The notes: generated from the letters alone by a model not told the origin. A stretch of DNA of 62,633 nt from Dehalococcoidia bacterium (GCA_041910095.1 JAYRRO010000297.1:1-62633), one strand, 5' to 3'; shown: positions 44,495 to 56,309, counted from the first letter of the stretch. Translations and numbers: made by a program.

Positions 44495-45274
44495 TTACGC
44501 CGGGCGTTTCGCCGGTGTTGCACCGGGAGCGCGCAGCTTGCCGCGCTTTCGCCAAAAGTGGGCTGCGCTGACCACGATGCCAAAGACCCAGAAGCCACCG
44601 AGCGCGAGCGTCACGCGCAGGTCCTTGCCCAGCTGGTCGCCCGCCGCGACGGCGACGAAGGTCGGCAGGAGCATGCCGAAGAAGCTCGCCACGAAGAAGG
44701 GAACGAAGCGGATGGAGGTCATCCCGGCGACGAAGGAGATCCAGTCGAAGTTCACCACCGGCATCATGCGCGCCCAGAACACGACGCGGCCGCCGAAGTT
44801 GTCAACCAGCCCATCGAGGCGGTTCGCCATCTTGCGGCCGACGAGGCGCGCGAGGTAGCGCCGGCCGAGGACGCGTGCGGTGTAGAACGCCATCACGGAG
44901 CCGAGCATCATGCCCGCCATCGAGTACACGGAGCCGAGCACGGGCCCCCAGGCCAGCCCGGCGGCGATGAAGATCGGCACGTTCGGGATGGGCGCGAAGA
45001 GCACGGAGATGGCCATCACGAGGATGAACACCAGCGGACCGAGCGCGCCCTGCCGGTCGACCCAGTCCTTGAACGGCTCGGCGTCGAAGGAGGTGGGCAC
45101 ATCGAAGATGGCGACCGCGGCGATGTAGGCGGCGAAGAGCGCGATGAAGCCGGCCACCAGCGCGGCGACGACGCCCCGGCGCATGAGCAGGGGCGTGGGC
45201 TCGTCCTCGAAGACGAACTGCTCCATGGGCGGGAGAGAAGGCACGTGGAGGTGATGCTGTTCGCGCTGGTCCAT
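44495..45274 (-). CDS. TVP38/TMEM64 (DedA-related) family membrane protein
   Basis: Polytopic membrane protein with 'FAPIPNVPIFIAAGLAWG' and 'R..PVVNFD.ISFVAG'. Its ATG shares one nucleotide with the upstream TGA. Confidence 0.75.
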   Translation of the reverse strand: MDQREQHHLHVPSLPPMEQFVFEDEPTPLLMRRGVVAALVAGFIALFAAYIAAVAIFDVPTSFDAEPFKDWVDRQGALGPLVFILVMAISVLFAPIPNVPIFIAAGLAWGPVLGSVYSMAGMMLGSVMAFYTARVLGRRYLARLVGRKMANRLDGLVDNFGGRVVFWARMMPVVNFDWISFVAGMTSIRFVPFFVASFFGMLLPTFVAVAAGDQLGKDLRVTLALGGFWVFGIVVSAAHFWRKRGKLRAPGATPAKRPA

Positions 45275-46140
45275 CAGGCGGCTCCCTTCGCGAACTGCTG
45301 CCGCAGGATGGCATTGACGGCGTCCGGGGTTTCCTGCTGGACCCAGTGGCCGATGCCTGGGAGGTAGTGCATCGCGAAGTCCGCGGCGTAGGCATGCGTC
45401 CCCAGGGTCAGCTCTTGGCCGAGGTAGGGATCGTTTTCGCCCCACGCGAGCGCCACGGGCATTTCAAGGATGGGCACGGGGTGCGGCAGGGGCACGGGAT
45501 GGCGCATCGCGGCACGGTACCAGTTGATGCCGCCGCCCAGGCCCTGGAGGCGCCAGGAGGCGAGGAAGACTCGCACGTCGTCCTTCGTGAAGGTGCCGGG
45601 AGCGCAGGCGCGAATCATGCCGCGCGCGAGCAGGTGGTAATCCCGCGCGGCGATGGCGCGCTCGGGGAGCCGGGGAACCTGGAAAGCGAAGATGTACCAG
45701 CTGCGTAGGAGCTGCCGTGGCCGGCGGAGGCCACGTTGCATCAACGCGGGGTGCGGCAGGTTGCACACCGTGAGCGTCTGGACCACGCCTGGATGCAGGA
45801 TTGCGAGCATCCAGGCGAGGTGGCCACCCCAGTCATGACCCACGATATGGGCGCGTTCGACACCGCGATGGCGAAGGAGCGAGAGGACGTCTTCGAGCAG
45901 CGTGCCCACGTGGTAGGGGCCGCGCGCCTCGGTTTCGCCGAAACCGCGGAGGTCGGGTGCGATCACACGGTAGTCCGGTGCGAAGTCCGCCATCTGGTGG
46001 CGCCAGGAGTACCAGCACTCGGGGAAGCCGTGGAGGAAGAGCACGCTCTCGCCGCGGCCCGCTTCGGCGTAGTGCATGCGGATGCCGTTGATGTCGGCGT
46101 ACTCATGGCGGAGGTCGGCGGGGAGCGTCGCGGGCGGCAC
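45274..46140 (-). CDS. Alpha/beta hydrolase (epoxide hydrolase / haloalkane dehalogenase-like)
   Basis: 'LFLHGFPECWYSWRHQ' and 'VGHDWGG'. Confidence 0.85.
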   Translation of the reverse strand: MPPATLPADLRHEYADINGIRMHYAEAGRGESVLFLHGFPECWYSWRHQMADFAPDYRVIAPDLRGFGETEARGPYHVGTLLEDVLSLLRHRGVERAHIVGHDWGGHLAWMLAILHPGVVQTLTVCNLPHPALMQRGLRRPRQLLRSWYIFAFQVPRLPERAIAARDYHLLARGMIRACAPGTFTKDDVRVFLASWRLQGLGGGINWYRAAMRHPVPLPHPVPILEMPVALAWGENDPYLGQELTLGTHAYAADFAMHYLPGIGHWVQQETPDAVNAILRQQFAKGAA

Positions 46141-46170
46141 GGCGTGAATCCTTTCGGCAACCGTATCAGA

Positions 46171-47019
46171 TCAGAGCACCCGAACCTGAAGAAAGGCGTA
46201 CAGGAGGGGAATCACGAAGACGATGGAATCGAGGCGGTCGAGGAAGCCGCCGTGGCCGGGGAGGAGGCCGGAGGCGTCCTTCACGCCCATGCGCCGCTTC
46301 ATCCCGCTTTCGAAGAGGTCACCCGCCTGCGCGGCGACGGGCATGACGAATGCGAAGTGGGAGAGCGTCGTCCAGGCGACTCCGGTCTCGAAGAGGGCAT
46401 TGAGGCCGAAGCAGGCGGCGACGCCGGCCGCATACCCGCCGATGGCGCCCTCCCAGGTCTTCTTCGGGCTGATCCTCGGCGCGAGCTTGTGGCGGCCAAC
46501 CATCCGGCCGACGGCATAGGCGCCCGTATCGACGGCGAAGGTGGCGAGGATCCCGAGGAAGACCCACTTCCGGCCCTGTTCGAGGTCGCGCGCGAGGACG
46601 AGCACGGCGATGAGCGCGCCCACGTACAACAAGGCCCACCCCTGGATCCGAAACGGGCGCCGGGGGCGGCGGCCGCCCGCGGGCAGGTATCCGAGAGCGA
46701 GCAGTCCGAGGGCCACGGCCACCCCGAAGAACAGAAAGGAAGGGGACGAGTGCGTGCCCGCGACCATCACGCCAACGGCCCCGGCGAACGGCGCGAACTG
46801 GCGAACGGCACGGGACACGGGCAGCGCCGGGAAGAGCCAGCCATGAAGGAATTCGATTGCGGCCAGGGTGGCGATTGCCCCGGCGACCACGGCGAACGGC
46901 CAGCCGCCGGCCCAGATCACGCCACTGACGAGGGGCAGGCCGATGGCGGCGGTCATCAGGCGGAGTTGGAGGTTGGAGCGCGGATGGCCGCCGGCGGCGG
47001 GCGCCGCGGTCGTGTTCAC
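46171..47019 (-). CDS. cdsA: Phosphatidate cytidylyltransferase
   Basis: 'SPKKTWEGAIGG' and 'KRRMGVKDASGLLPGHGGFLDRLDS'. GTG 47019 overlaps the uppS TGA (GTGA). Confidence 0.9.
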   Translation of the reverse strand: MNTTAAPAAGGHPRSNLQLRLMTAAIGLPLVSGVIWAGGWPFAVVAGAIATLAAIEFLHGWLFPALPVSRAVRQFAPFAGAVGVMVAGTHSSPSFLFFGVAVALGLLALGYLPAGGRRPRRPFRIQGWALLYVGALIAVLVLARDLEQGRKWVFLGILATFAVDTGAYAVGRMVGRHKLAPRISPKKTWEGAIGGYAAGVAACFGLNALFETGVAWTTLSHFAFVMPVAAQAGDLFESGMKRRMGVKDASGLLPGHGGFLDRLDSIVFVIPLLYAFLQVRVL

Positions 47020-47819
47020 CGGGTGCGGAGCGCTTCGATATCTTCGGGGAGGAGGCCGCCGAATTTGCGCTTGCGGCGGCCATAGTCGGCGAGCGCGATA
47101 TCGATGTCCTCGCGGCCGAAGTCGGGCCAGTACGCGTCGGTGAAGTAGAGCTCGGCGTAGGCCGCCTGCCAGAGTAGGAAGTTGGATATTCGGTATTCGC
47201 CGCCGGTGCGGATAAGCAGGTCGGGGTCGGGGCTGCCGCCGGTCGAGAGCCTGGCGGAGATGGCTTCCTCGGTTATCTCGTCGGGGCCGAGTTCGTCGCG
47301 GACGGCCTGGCGCATGGCCATCACGAGGTCGTCGCGGCCGCCGTAGCTGAAGCAGATGTTCAGGACGAGCCCGGTGTTTGTGCTGGTCACTTCGATCGCA
47401 TCGGCGACCTGGCGTTGGAGCCATTCAGGAAGGGTTTCCATGTGGCCAAGCATGCGCAGGCGGACGTTGTTCTTGCGGAAGTTGTCGAGCTCGCGCTTGA
47501 TGAAGTAGCGAAGGAGCCGGATGAGAGCGCGCACTTCGCGTTCCGGGCGGTTCCAGTTCTCGGTGCTGAAGGCGTAGAGCGTGAGGTACTGCACGCCATG
47601 GTCCGTGAAGCGCTCGATTACGCGGCGGATGTTTTCGGTGCCGGCGCGGTGGCCGGCGGCGCGCGGAAGGCCGCGCTGGGCCGCCCAACGGCCGTTGCCA
47701 TCCATGATGATGGCGACATGGCGCGGGACGCGGCCGCCCGAGATGGGGGAGATGAGGTCGCCGAGGAGCTCGGGCGGCGGCGGGTCCGCCGGCGCCGTGG
47801 GCGCCGTCTCAGACTTCAA
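47016..47819 (-). CDS. uppS: Isoprenyl transferase (undecaprenyl-diphosphate synthase)
   Basis: 'HVAIIMDGNGRWA' and 'LTLYAFSTENWNRP'. The only plausible in-frame start is TTG 47819, which overlaps the frr end by 11 nt. Confidence 0.88.
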   Translation of the reverse strand: MKSETAPTAPADPPPPELLGDLISPISGGRVPRHVAIIMDGNGRWAAQRGLPRAAGHRAGTENIRRVIERFTDHGVQYLTLYAFSTENWNRPEREVRALIRLLRYFIKRELDNFRKNNVRLRMLGHMETLPEWLQRQVADAIEVTSTNTGLVLNICFSYGGRDDLVMAMRQAVRDELGPDEITEEAISARLSTGGSPDPDLLIRTGGEYRISNFLLWQAAYAELYFTDAYWPDFGREDIDIALADYGRRKRKFGGLLPEDIEALRTR

Positions 47820-48372
47820 GGAGCTCCGCCTCTTTCTTCCGGGACTCGGTATCGATCGTCGCGACGTGGACATCGGTGAGCTTCTGGAGCTCTTCTTCGT
47901 GGCGGTGGAGGTCGTCCTGGCCCATCTGGCCGTCTTTTTCCGCCTTGCGCAGCTCGTCGTGGACATGCCGCCGGACGTTGCGGCAGGCGACGCGGGCCTC
48001 CTCGGCCTTGGTGTGGACGAGGCGCACGAACTCCTTGCGGCGCTGCTCGGTGAGGGGCGGGATCGGCAGGCGAAGGAGCTGGCCATCGATCGCGGGGTTG
48101 AGGCCGAGGTCGGAGGCCTGGAACGCCTTCACGATCGCCTGGACGGCACCGCGATCCCAGACCTGCACGGTGAGCAGGCGGGCCTCCGGGGCGTTAATCG
48201 TGCCGAGCTGCTTGAGGGGCGTGGTGGCGCCGTAGTACTCGACCGGGAGGGTCTCGATGAGGCTAGGATGGGCGCGCCCGGTGCGGATGCCCTGGAGGTC
48301 GCGCTTGAGGGCCTGGACGGCGCCGTCCATCCGTTCATCGGCGTGAAGCAGCATCTCTTCGGGGTCGGCCAT
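47809..48372 (-). CDS. frr: Ribosome recycling factor
   Basis: Full-length RRF with 'IRTGRAHPSLIE', 'PPLTEQRRKE' and related motifs. Confidence 0.95.
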   Translation of the reverse strand: MADPEEMLLHADERMDGAVQALKRDLQGIRTGRAHPSLIETLPVEYYGATTPLKQLGTINAPEARLLTVQVWDRGAVQAIVKAFQASDLGLNPAIDGQLLRLPIPPLTEQRRKEFVRLVHTKAEEARVACRNVRRHVHDELRKAEKDGQMGQDDLHRHEEELQKLTDVHVATIDTESRKKEAELLEV

Positions 48373-48396
48373 AGCGAAATCCTCCGGCGTCAGATG

Positions 48397-49672
<1,276 letters not shown>

Positions 49673-49680
49673 TGGGTGGG

Positions 49681-50574
49681 TTACTCCTGAACCGGTGCGT
49701 TGGCGGCGGCCTGCTGGGCAGCCGATATGACGGTGACGGACGCGGCTTCCTCGACGGGCGCGGGCGCCTCGTCGGCGGAAGCGGAGAAGCTGCCGGAGGC
49801 GATACCCGCTTCGGCGGCGGCGGTCATGCGCGCGGCGAGGTCATCGGCGTGGACGCCGGCGCCAGCGCCGGACTCACGGGCGGCGCGGCCCTCGATCGCG
49901 GCATCGGCCATCTTGCCGAGGATGAGCTTGATCGCGCGGATGGCGTCGTCGTTGCTCGGGATCGGGTAGCTCACCGGGTCCGGGTCGCAGTTCGTATCGA
50001 CCAGCGAAACAATCGGGATGTTGAGCCGGACGCACTCGGCGACGGCGATGCTCTCCTTGACCGTGTCGATGATGAACACGGCGGCGGGGAGGCGATCCAT
50101 CTTCTTGATGCCGCCGAAGTAGCGGTTCAGGCGCTCGATCTCGTTGGAGATATCGAGCTGCTCCTTCTTCGTGAGCCGGGTGAATTCGCCGCGGGCGACG
50201 TTCGTCTCGAGCGTGGTGAGATGCCGGATGCGGCTCTGGATGGTACGGAAGTTGGTGAGCGTGCCACCGAGCCAGCGGTTGTTCACGTAGGGCATGGAGG
50301 CGCGGGAGGCTTCGATCTCGACGGTCTCGCGGGCCTGCTTCTTGGTGCCGATGACGAGCACTTCGCCGCCGCCGGCGACGGTATCGCGAACGAAGTTGAT
50401 GGCTTCGTCCAAGCGGGTGACGGTCTGCTGAAGATCAATGATGTGGATGCCGTTGCGCTCGGTGAAGATGAACTGGCGCATCTTCGGGTTCCAACGGCGG
50501 GTCTGGTGTCCGAAGTGGACGCCGGCCTCAAGGAGCTGCTTCATGCTCACGGGCGTGACCAGGGGGTCCTCCAA
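49681..50574 (-). CDS. rpsB: 30S ribosomal protein S2
   Basis: '[23 protein letters not shown]'. The exact start is uncertain: TTG 50574, GTG 50550 or ATG 50544. Confidence 0.95.
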   Translation of the reverse strand: MEDPLVTPVSMKQLLEAGVHFGHQTRRWNPKMRQFIFTERNGIHIIDLQQTVTRLDEAINFVRDTVAGGGEVLVIGTKKQARETVEIEASRASMPYVNNRWLGGTLTNFRTIQSRIRHLTTLETNVARGEFTRLTKKEQLDISNEIERLNRYFGGIKKMDRLPAAVFIIDTVKESIAVAECVRLNIPIVSLVDTNCDPDPVSYPIPSNDDAIRAIKLILGKMADAAIEGRAARESGAGAGVHADDLAARMTAAAEAGIASGSFSASADEAPAPVEEAASVTVISAAQQAAANAPVQE

Positions 50575-50766
50575 AGGTGCGGCTGCGTAGATTTGCCCGG
50601 GTTCACGGACATGCGGCCGCCATTCGCGAATAGCCGATCCACCGTACCGCGTGCGCCGCGTTCGGGATAGGCGGTGTGCGCGGTGGATTGTTCGCGCGAG
50701 GCTATCGTCTTCGCTTGATCTGCCTCACAATGGGCCGAAAGCTAAAAACCCGAAGGGGGTTCGACT

Positions 50767-51930
50767 ATGGCAATCACGCTCGCCGACAGCCCGGAAATGG
50801 CGGCATGGCGCCAGGAAGTCCGGAACTTCATCAAGACGGAGGCTCCGAAGATCTTCTCGGGCGGCGAAGAGCTGGGTGAAAACTCCCTCTTCGGCCGCAT
50901 GGGCGCGATGAAGGCCTGGCGCGAGAAGGTCGTGGAAAAGGGCTGGGTCGCCCCTTCGTGGCCGAAGAAGTACGGCGGCGCCGGCATGTCCGTCGCCGAC
51001 CAGTTCGTCATGAACGAGGAGTTCGCGGAGGCGGGCGTGCCCGGCAACGTGGGCGGCTTCGGCGTCATGATGATTGGCCCCACGATCATCGAGCACGGCA
51101 CGGAAGAGCAGAAGGAAGAGCACCTCGGCGCCATCCTTCGCGGCGAAGTGATCTGGTGCCAGGGCTACTCCGAGCCCGGCGCGGGTTCGGACCTCGCTTC
51201 TCTCCAGACGCGCGCGGTGCGCGACGGCGATGAGTACACCATCAACGGCCAGAAGATCTGGACGACGGGCGCGCAGTTCGCGGACATGATGTACATGCTC
51301 GTGCGCACGGACCCGGATGCCCCCAAGCACCGCGGCATCACCTACCTGCTCGTCGATATGCACGCCCCTGGCGTGACCGTGCGCCCGCTGACGACGCTTG
51401 CCGGCACGCAGACGTTCAACGAGGTCTTCTTCGAGGACGTGAAGGTTCCGGTGCGCAACCGCATCGGGGAAGAGAACCGCGGCTGGTACGTGGGCACGAC
51501 CACGCTGGACTTCGAACGGTCGTCGATCGGCTCGGCGATCGGCGTGCGCAAGAACCTCGAAAGCCTCATTCGCCGCACCAAGCGCGGCGACGACGGCGCC
51601 TCCTTCGAGCGCAACCCGAAGGTCCGCCTCGAATTCGTGGACCGCTGGGTGGAATGCGAAGTGGCGAAGATGCTGAGCTACCGCGTAATCTCGATGCAGC
51701 TTTCGGGGAAGATCCCGAACCACGAGTCGAGCATGTGCAAGATGTTCTCGAGCGAGCTGACGCAGCGCATCTCGAACCTCTCGATGCACCTCTGCGGGAT
51801 GCACGGGAACATCCGCAACCGGGCGTCGCAGGGCTACATGCAGAGCGTGAGCTCGACGATCGCCGGCGGCACGACGGAAGTGCAGAAGGGCATCATGGCC
51901 ACGCGCGGCCTCGGCCTCCCGCGCGGCTAA
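50767..51930 (+). CDS. Acyl-CoA dehydrogenase
   Basis: 'CQGYSEPGAGSDLASLQTRAV.DGDEYTINGQKIWTTGA', plus a C-terminal ACAD domain. A GAAGGGGG Shine-Dalgarno lies upstream. Confidence 0.9.
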   Translation: MAITLADSPEMAAWRQEVRNFIKTEAPKIFSGGEELGENSLFGRMGAMKAWREKVVEKGWVAPSWPKKYGGAGMSVADQFVMNEEFAEAGVPGNVGGFGVMMIGPTIIEHGTEEQKEEHLGAILRGEVIWCQGYSEPGAGSDLASLQTRAVRDGDEYTINGQKIWTTGAQFADMMYMLVRTDPDAPKHRGITYLLVDMHAPGVTVRPLTTLAGTQTFNEVFFEDVKVPVRNRIGEENRGWYVGTTTLDFERSSIGSAIGVRKNLESLIRRTKRGDDGASFERNPKVRLEFVDRWVECEVAKMLSYRVISMQLSGKIPNHESSMCKMFSSELTQRISNLSMHLCGMHGNIRNRASQGYMQSVSSTIAGGTTEVQKGIMATRGLGLPRG

Positions 51931-51968
51931 AGCGACACACCAGGCCTCGAATCAGGCCTCGCACGGCG

Positions 51969-51996
51969 GAAGCCCCTCCATCACTGGAGGGGCTTC
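51969..51996. terminator. Bidirectional hairpin between convergent genes (CCCTCC/GGAGGG type)
   Basis: GAAGCCCCTCC-atcact-GGAGGGGCTTC, an 11-bp perfect stem followed by ATTCGTTTCC. Confidence 0.6.
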
Positions 51997-52021
51997 ATTC
52001 GTTTCCGCTGCGCGTGGGAAG

Positions 52022-52807
52022 TCAGCGCGGGCGGAGGGGCGCGCCGCCGAGGTGGCTGCCGGCGTCGACGATGAGGAACTCGCCGGTGATGAGGTCCGCG
52101 CCTTCGACGAACCAGACGGCGGCCTGGGCCATGTCCTCGGGGGTGCCGGCCTTGCGCAGGGGCGTGTTGCGCTCCTGCGCGGCGACGGCGGCCTCGTAGG
52201 CATCGTCGCCCATGCCGCCGCGGAGCCAGCGGCCCTGGATGAAGCCGGGGCACACGGTGTTCACCCGGATCTCCGGGCCGAGCGCGCGAGCAAGCGAGAG
52301 GGTCATGGTGTTGAGGGCGCCCTTGGATGCCGTGTAGGCGACGGAGCTCCCGAGGCCCATGACTCCGGCGATCGATGAGATGTTGACGACGGCGCCGCGG
52401 CCAGCCGCCTTCATGTGCGGCGTGACGGCGCGCGTCATCTGGAACGGCCCGACGACGTTGACCGAGTAGATGCGCAGGAAGTCATCGGCGCTGAGTCCAT
52501 CGAGGTTGGCGTGGTTCACGAACTGCGTCGTACCGGCATTGTTGATGAGGCCATCGACGCGGCCCCATTTCGCCATCGTGGCCTCCACCATGCGGCGGCA
52601 GTCCTCGTCTTTGGAGACATCGGCCTGCACGAGCAGCGTCTCGACGCCGAGGGCCTCGCAGGCGGCGGCGGTCTCGCGGGCCTCGGCCTCGCTCTTCGTG
52701 TAGTTGATGACGACGTTGCAGCCCTTCGAGGCGAGCAGCTTCGCGCAGGCCGCGCCGACCCCGGTCGCGGAGCCGGTAACGATGACCACGCCACCCTTGA
52801 TGTCCAT
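52022..52807 (-). CDS. SDR family oxidoreductase (FabG-like)
   Basis: 'VTGSATGVGAA' (TGxxxGxG), 'NNAG', and the 'S...YTASK' catalytic triad context. Confidence 0.9.
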   Translation of the reverse strand: MDIKGGVVIVTGSATGVGAACAKLLASKGCNVVINYTKSEAEARETAAACEALGVETLLVQADVSKDEDCRRMVEATMAKWGRVDGLINNAGTTQFVNHANLDGLSADDFLRIYSVNVVGPFQMTRAVTPHMKAAGRGAVVNISSIAGVMGLGSSVAYTASKGALNTMTLSLARALGPEIRVNTVCPGFIQGRWLRGGMGDDAYEAAVAAQERNTPLRKAGTPEDMAQAAVWFVEGADLITGEFLIVDAGSHLGGAPLRPR

Positions 52808-52876
52808 GAACGGCTTCCCTCACAGCGAATTGGTGGGGCGCAGTCTACGGACCGGCGGCGGTGGCGTCGCGCGAGG

Positions 52877-53245
52877 TCAGACGGCAGGCGCGACGCTGCG
52901 AATGGTCGTGATGAGCTGGGTGGCGGCTTCGTGCTTGCCGACGAAGGCGCGGGCGCCGGCGTTCGATGCGAGGTCACGAGTCGCGCGGTCGTCCTGGAGG
53001 CTGAGCATGACGACGGCGGCGCCCGGGCAGCTCTTGCAGAGGGCGCGCGTGGCCGCGATCCCGTCCATGCCCTTCATGCGGATGTCCATGAGGATGACAT
53101 CGGGGTGGAGTTCGGGCGCCAGGCGGACGGCGGTCTCGCCATCGCCCGCTTCGCCGACGACGGCAACGTCGGGCTCAAGTTCGAGCTGCATGCGCAGACC
53201 CCGCCGCACCGAGAGCTCATCGTCCACCAGGAGCAACCGGATCAC
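52877..53245 (-). CDS. Stand-alone response-regulator receiver domain
   Basis: 'LLLVDDE', phospho-acceptor context 'DVILMDIRM', and 'K' in 'FVGKH'. There is no output domain, and no kinase in the window. An AGGAGG Shine-Dalgarno precedes the GTG. Confidence 0.8.
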   Translation of the reverse strand: MIRLLLVDDELSVRRGLRMQLELEPDVAVVGEAGDGETAVRLAPELHPDVILMDIRMKGMDGIAATRALCKSCPGAAVVMLSLQDDRATRDLASNAGARAFVGKHEAATQLITTIRSVAPAV

Positions 53246-53505
53246 TCGCCACCTCCTGCACTCACTGTGCGCGAGGCAGTGCCAGGCATCGTCCCGCTAT
53301 CGATGTGAACGCGCTTCGGTCTTTGGGCGGAGAGCGCCGGGGCCGGCCGGCCGCGGTTTACGGACCGCGCGGCGAAGTCCGGCTCCGCCGCTGATAGGCC
53401 GCAAAAATAGGTTCGAACGTGACGATAAATACGCTCACCCCTGACGGCTCGTGGTGTTGGCCGGTTCGCGAGCCGGAGGCGCGAGGGCGTTGGTACACTG
53501 CGCCC

Positions 53506-54279
53506 ATGCCTATCGATCTCAGCCGCTCCGGCAAGACGCTCATCATCACGCTCAACCGTCCCGAGGCGATGAACAGCATCGACCCCCTGATGTACGACCA
53601 GCTGGGCGAAGCGTGGAAGGAACTGGAAGGCGACGACTCGGTCCATGTCGCGGTCGTGACCGGCACCGGCGAAAAAGCATTCTGCGCGGGGCGCGACCTG
53701 GTGAAGAGCTCGGAGGACATGGCGAACGACTGGAGCCGCCGCCGGAGCGATGGCCGCGACCACCTCACGCCCGAGGGAATCTGGAAGCCGGTCATCGCGG
53801 CGGTCAACGGCCACTGCCTCGCCGCGGGGCTGGCGCTGGCGCTGGGCTGCGACATCCGGCTCGCATCGCCGAATGCGACCTTCGGGACGATGGCGGCAAA
53901 GCGCGGAATCGTGGCGGGCGGCGGCCAGACGCAGCGGCTCGCGCGGTACATCCCCTTCGGCAAGGCCATGGAGATGATCCTCTTCGCCGAGCGCATCGAC
54001 GCGGCCGAGGCCGAGCGGTACGGGCTTGTCAACCGCGTGTTCCCGCAGGCCGAGCTCCTGGACACGGCGCTGGAGTGGGCGCACCGCCTGACGCTGAACG
54101 CGCCGCTCGCGGTGCGCGCGATGAAGAAGGCGGCGTATGAAGGCGGCTGGGAGATGCCCTTCCGCGAGGGACTGCGCCTCGAGGGGAAGCTCTACACCGA
54201 AATCCTCAAGACCGAGGACGCCGCCGAGGGCCCGCGCGCCTTCGCGGAAAAGCGCCAGCCCGACTTCAAAGGCCGGTAG
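53506..54279 (+). CDS. Enoyl-CoA hydratase/isomerase family protein
   Basis: 'LIITLNRPEAMNSI', 'FCAGRDL' and 'NGHCLAAGLALALGCD'. A TGG-TACACT hexamer lies 6 nt before the ATG. Confidence 0.88.
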   Translation: MPIDLSRSGKTLIITLNRPEAMNSIDPLMYDQLGEAWKELEGDDSVHVAVVTGTGEKAFCAGRDLVKSSEDMANDWSRRRSDGRDHLTPEGIWKPVIAAVNGHCLAAGLALALGCDIRLASPNATFGTMAAKRGIVAGGGQTQRLARYIPFGKAMEMILFAERIDAAEAERYGLVNRVFPQAELLDTALEWAHRLTLNAPLAVRAMKKAAYEGGWEMPFREGLRLEGKLYTEILKTEDAAEGPRAFAEKRQPDFKGR

Positions 54280-54288
54280 CGCGCAGTC

Positions 54289-55071
54289 TCAGCCGTAGAG
54301 CGGCTTCGTTGCGGGGCCGGCGTCGCGCACGGTGGCGAGGTCGGCGCGCGCGCCCGCCGTCATCGCCGGGATGTCGCCGCTGACGGTGATCATCTGGTAC
54401 CCGGCCGCGGCGTGCTTCGCGGCGAGCGAGGCGTTCGCATGGATCCCGGGGGCGACGCCATGGCGCCGGCAGACGTCCGCAATGTGCACACGCGCTTCAT
54501 CGAAGGCGCCGCCGTTATCCATGCCGGGGGGAAGGCCGAGCGTGATGCTGAGGTCGGCCGGGCCCACGTAGACGGCGTCAATCCCCGGCACGGCCAGGAT
54601 GTCGTCGAGGCGTTCGACGGCATGGCGGGTCTCGATCATGGGGATGCAGGCGATCTGCTCGTTCGCGTGCGTGAAGTAGTCGGTGCCCGCGTAGTAGCCG
54701 GCGCGCGTCGGGCCGTAGCTGCGCGAACCCTGGGGGAAGTAGCGGCAGGCGGCGACGGCGGCCTTCGCTTCGTCCACGGAGTTCACCATCGGGATGATGA
54801 TGCCCATCGCCCCGGCGTCGAGCATCTTGCCGATGATGCCGAATTCGTTCCAGGGCACGCGCACGAAGGGGATGGTGGGCGTCGTGGCGATCGCCTGGAG
54901 CATGGTGACCGCGACCTGGTAATCGATGAGACCGTGCTGCATATCGAGGCAGAGCCAATCGAAGCCCTGGTGGGCCATGACCTCCGCGGCGAACGGGCTG
55001 GGGAGGGAAAGCCAGGCGCCGTGGGTGACCTCGCCGCGCTTCCAGCGGGCCTTCGGGGTGTTTTCGCGCAT
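54289..55071 (-). CDS. HpcH/HpaI family aldolase
   Basis: 'FDWLCLDMQHG', 'VRVP' and 'IETR' motifs of class II aldolases of this family. Confidence 0.85.
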   Translation of the reverse strand: MRENTPKARWKRGEVTHGAWLSLPSPFAAEVMAHQGFDWLCLDMQHGLIDYQVAVTMLQAIATTPTIPFVRVPWNEFGIIGKMLDAGAMGIIIPMVNSVDEAKAAVAACRYFPQGSRSYGPTRAGYYAGTDYFTHANEQIACIPMIETRHAVERLDDILAVPGIDAVYVGPADLSITLGLPPGMDNGGAFDEARVHIADVCRRHGVAPGIHANASLAAKHAAAGYQMITVSGDIPAMTAGARADLATVRDAGPATKPLYG

Positions 55072-55333
55072 CGCGGGCCTCCAGGTGATCTGCGCCGAAG
55101 GCTACGCCGTCGCGGTTGAGGAGGCCACGGGTGAGCGTCATTGGGCTTATGTAGGGGAGTTCCCCCGCCATTCTCGTTATCGTCACCTCGGTCCTTTGGC
55201 GGATGAAAATTGGGGATTAATCCGGCGCCGGGGCATCGAAAACGTATTGCCTGTGAAGTGCGACACGTTTACCTTGCCACGAAGCCCGCAGCCAGCGGGC
55301 GACAAGACGAGGAAAACCAGAACAGGTAAAGCG

Positions 55334-56209
55334 ATGCCGTTGTCCCAACACCGGCTGGCCCTGGTGGGTATCCTGCTCGCCATTGTCGCCACCTTCAGCG
55401 TCCAGGTCGCTTCCGCTGCGGAAGAAGCGAACACCCCTCCCTCCAACCCCATCGCCGCGCGCGCCCTTCGCGATCTCGGCACGTGGCAGGGCGAATGCTG
55501 GCTCTGGATGCAGCGCGTGGTGCTCGACGCGACCGGCCGCAAGATCGGCTTCGATTACACCGACGGCTTCTTCGAAGCGGGCGCCGTCGAGGTCTCGCTG
55601 AAGGACGCGCAGGCCGGCGATGTGATCCAGGTCGTCTCCGACCGCTTCCACGGCCCCGACGCCGACTACCGCGGGCTGCACACGCTCATCGTCCTCGAGA
55701 ACAACGGCGACGGCACCGTGAACGGGATCGATTCCAACCAGAACTGGGACGGGATGGTTGAGCTGCGGTTCAACTACAACCCGGCCGAGAAGGCCGCGGA
55801 GTACGGCCTGAACTTCCATGTCTACCGCTTCGGCGCAGTGCCGGGCACGACGACCCGGACTTCGCTCCCGCCCACCGCAAGCAAGGGCGTGCGCGCGGGT
55901 GACCTCGCGATCGTGAAGGCCGGACCGGAAGGGCTGAATCTCCGCTCGGAGGCGAGCACGGCGAAGGCACCGCTCGCGCTCCTCCGCGATGGCACGCAGG
56001 TGACCGTTCTCACCGACCCGGCGTCCGCGGGCGGCCGCCAGTGGGTGAAGATCTCCACGCCGGCCGGCACGGGCTGGGTGGCCGCCGAGTTCCTCGAGAA
56101 GCAGGCTGCGCCCACCGACGGCGGGCATACCTCGGGTTCGGGCGCGGGCACCACGGCGCCGCTGCGGCCGTTCCGGAACGTGATCATGATGGTCTCGTCC
56201 GGGTCCTGA
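55334..56209 (+). CDS. Secreted CHAP/NlpC-P60-like domain plus bacterial SH3 domain protein (putative cell-wall hydrolase)
   Basis: Signal peptide 'LALVGILLAIVATFSVQVASA'. Cys context 'QGECWLWMQRVV' and His context 'GLHTLIV'. The SH3b-like segment is 'GDLAIVKAGPEGLNLRSEAS....WVKISTPAGTGWVAAEFL'. Confidence 0.6.
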   Translation: MPLSQHRLALVGILLAIVATFSVQVASAAEEANTPPSNPIAARALRDLGTWQGECWLWMQRVVLDATGRKIGFDYTDGFFEAGAVEVSLKDAQAGDVIQVVSDRFHGPDADYRGLHTLIVLENNGDGTVNGIDSNQNWDGMVELRFNYNPAEKAAEYGLNFHVYRFGAVPGTTTRTSLPPTASKGVRAGDLAIVKAGPEGLNLRSEASTAKAPLALLRDGTQVTVLTDPASAGGRQWVKISTPAGTGWVAAEFLEKQAAPTDGGHTSGSGAGTTAPLRPFRNVIMMVSSGS

Positions 56210-56309
56210 GCCCCTTCCACTGACCATCCGGCTTCCACATGGCGGGTGACCACACCGGCACCTCCGTCGTACGCTCGACGTATTCTCGCGACCCGGGGGC
56301 GGCGCGTCT

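Noticed and set aside
50544-50574. Assigning a definite start codon to rpsB
   Set aside because: The TTG (50574), GTG (50550) and ATG (50544) candidates, and even a CTG after the GGAGGA, are all possible. The sequence alone does not decide, so only the outer boundary is reported.
54926-55333. N-terminal extension of the SH3b/CHAP ORF, and the 4298-4498 extension of oppF
   Set aside because: Both extensions overlap the neighbouring, well-supported genes and are Arg-rich. Internal starts with a signal peptide or an SD fit better.
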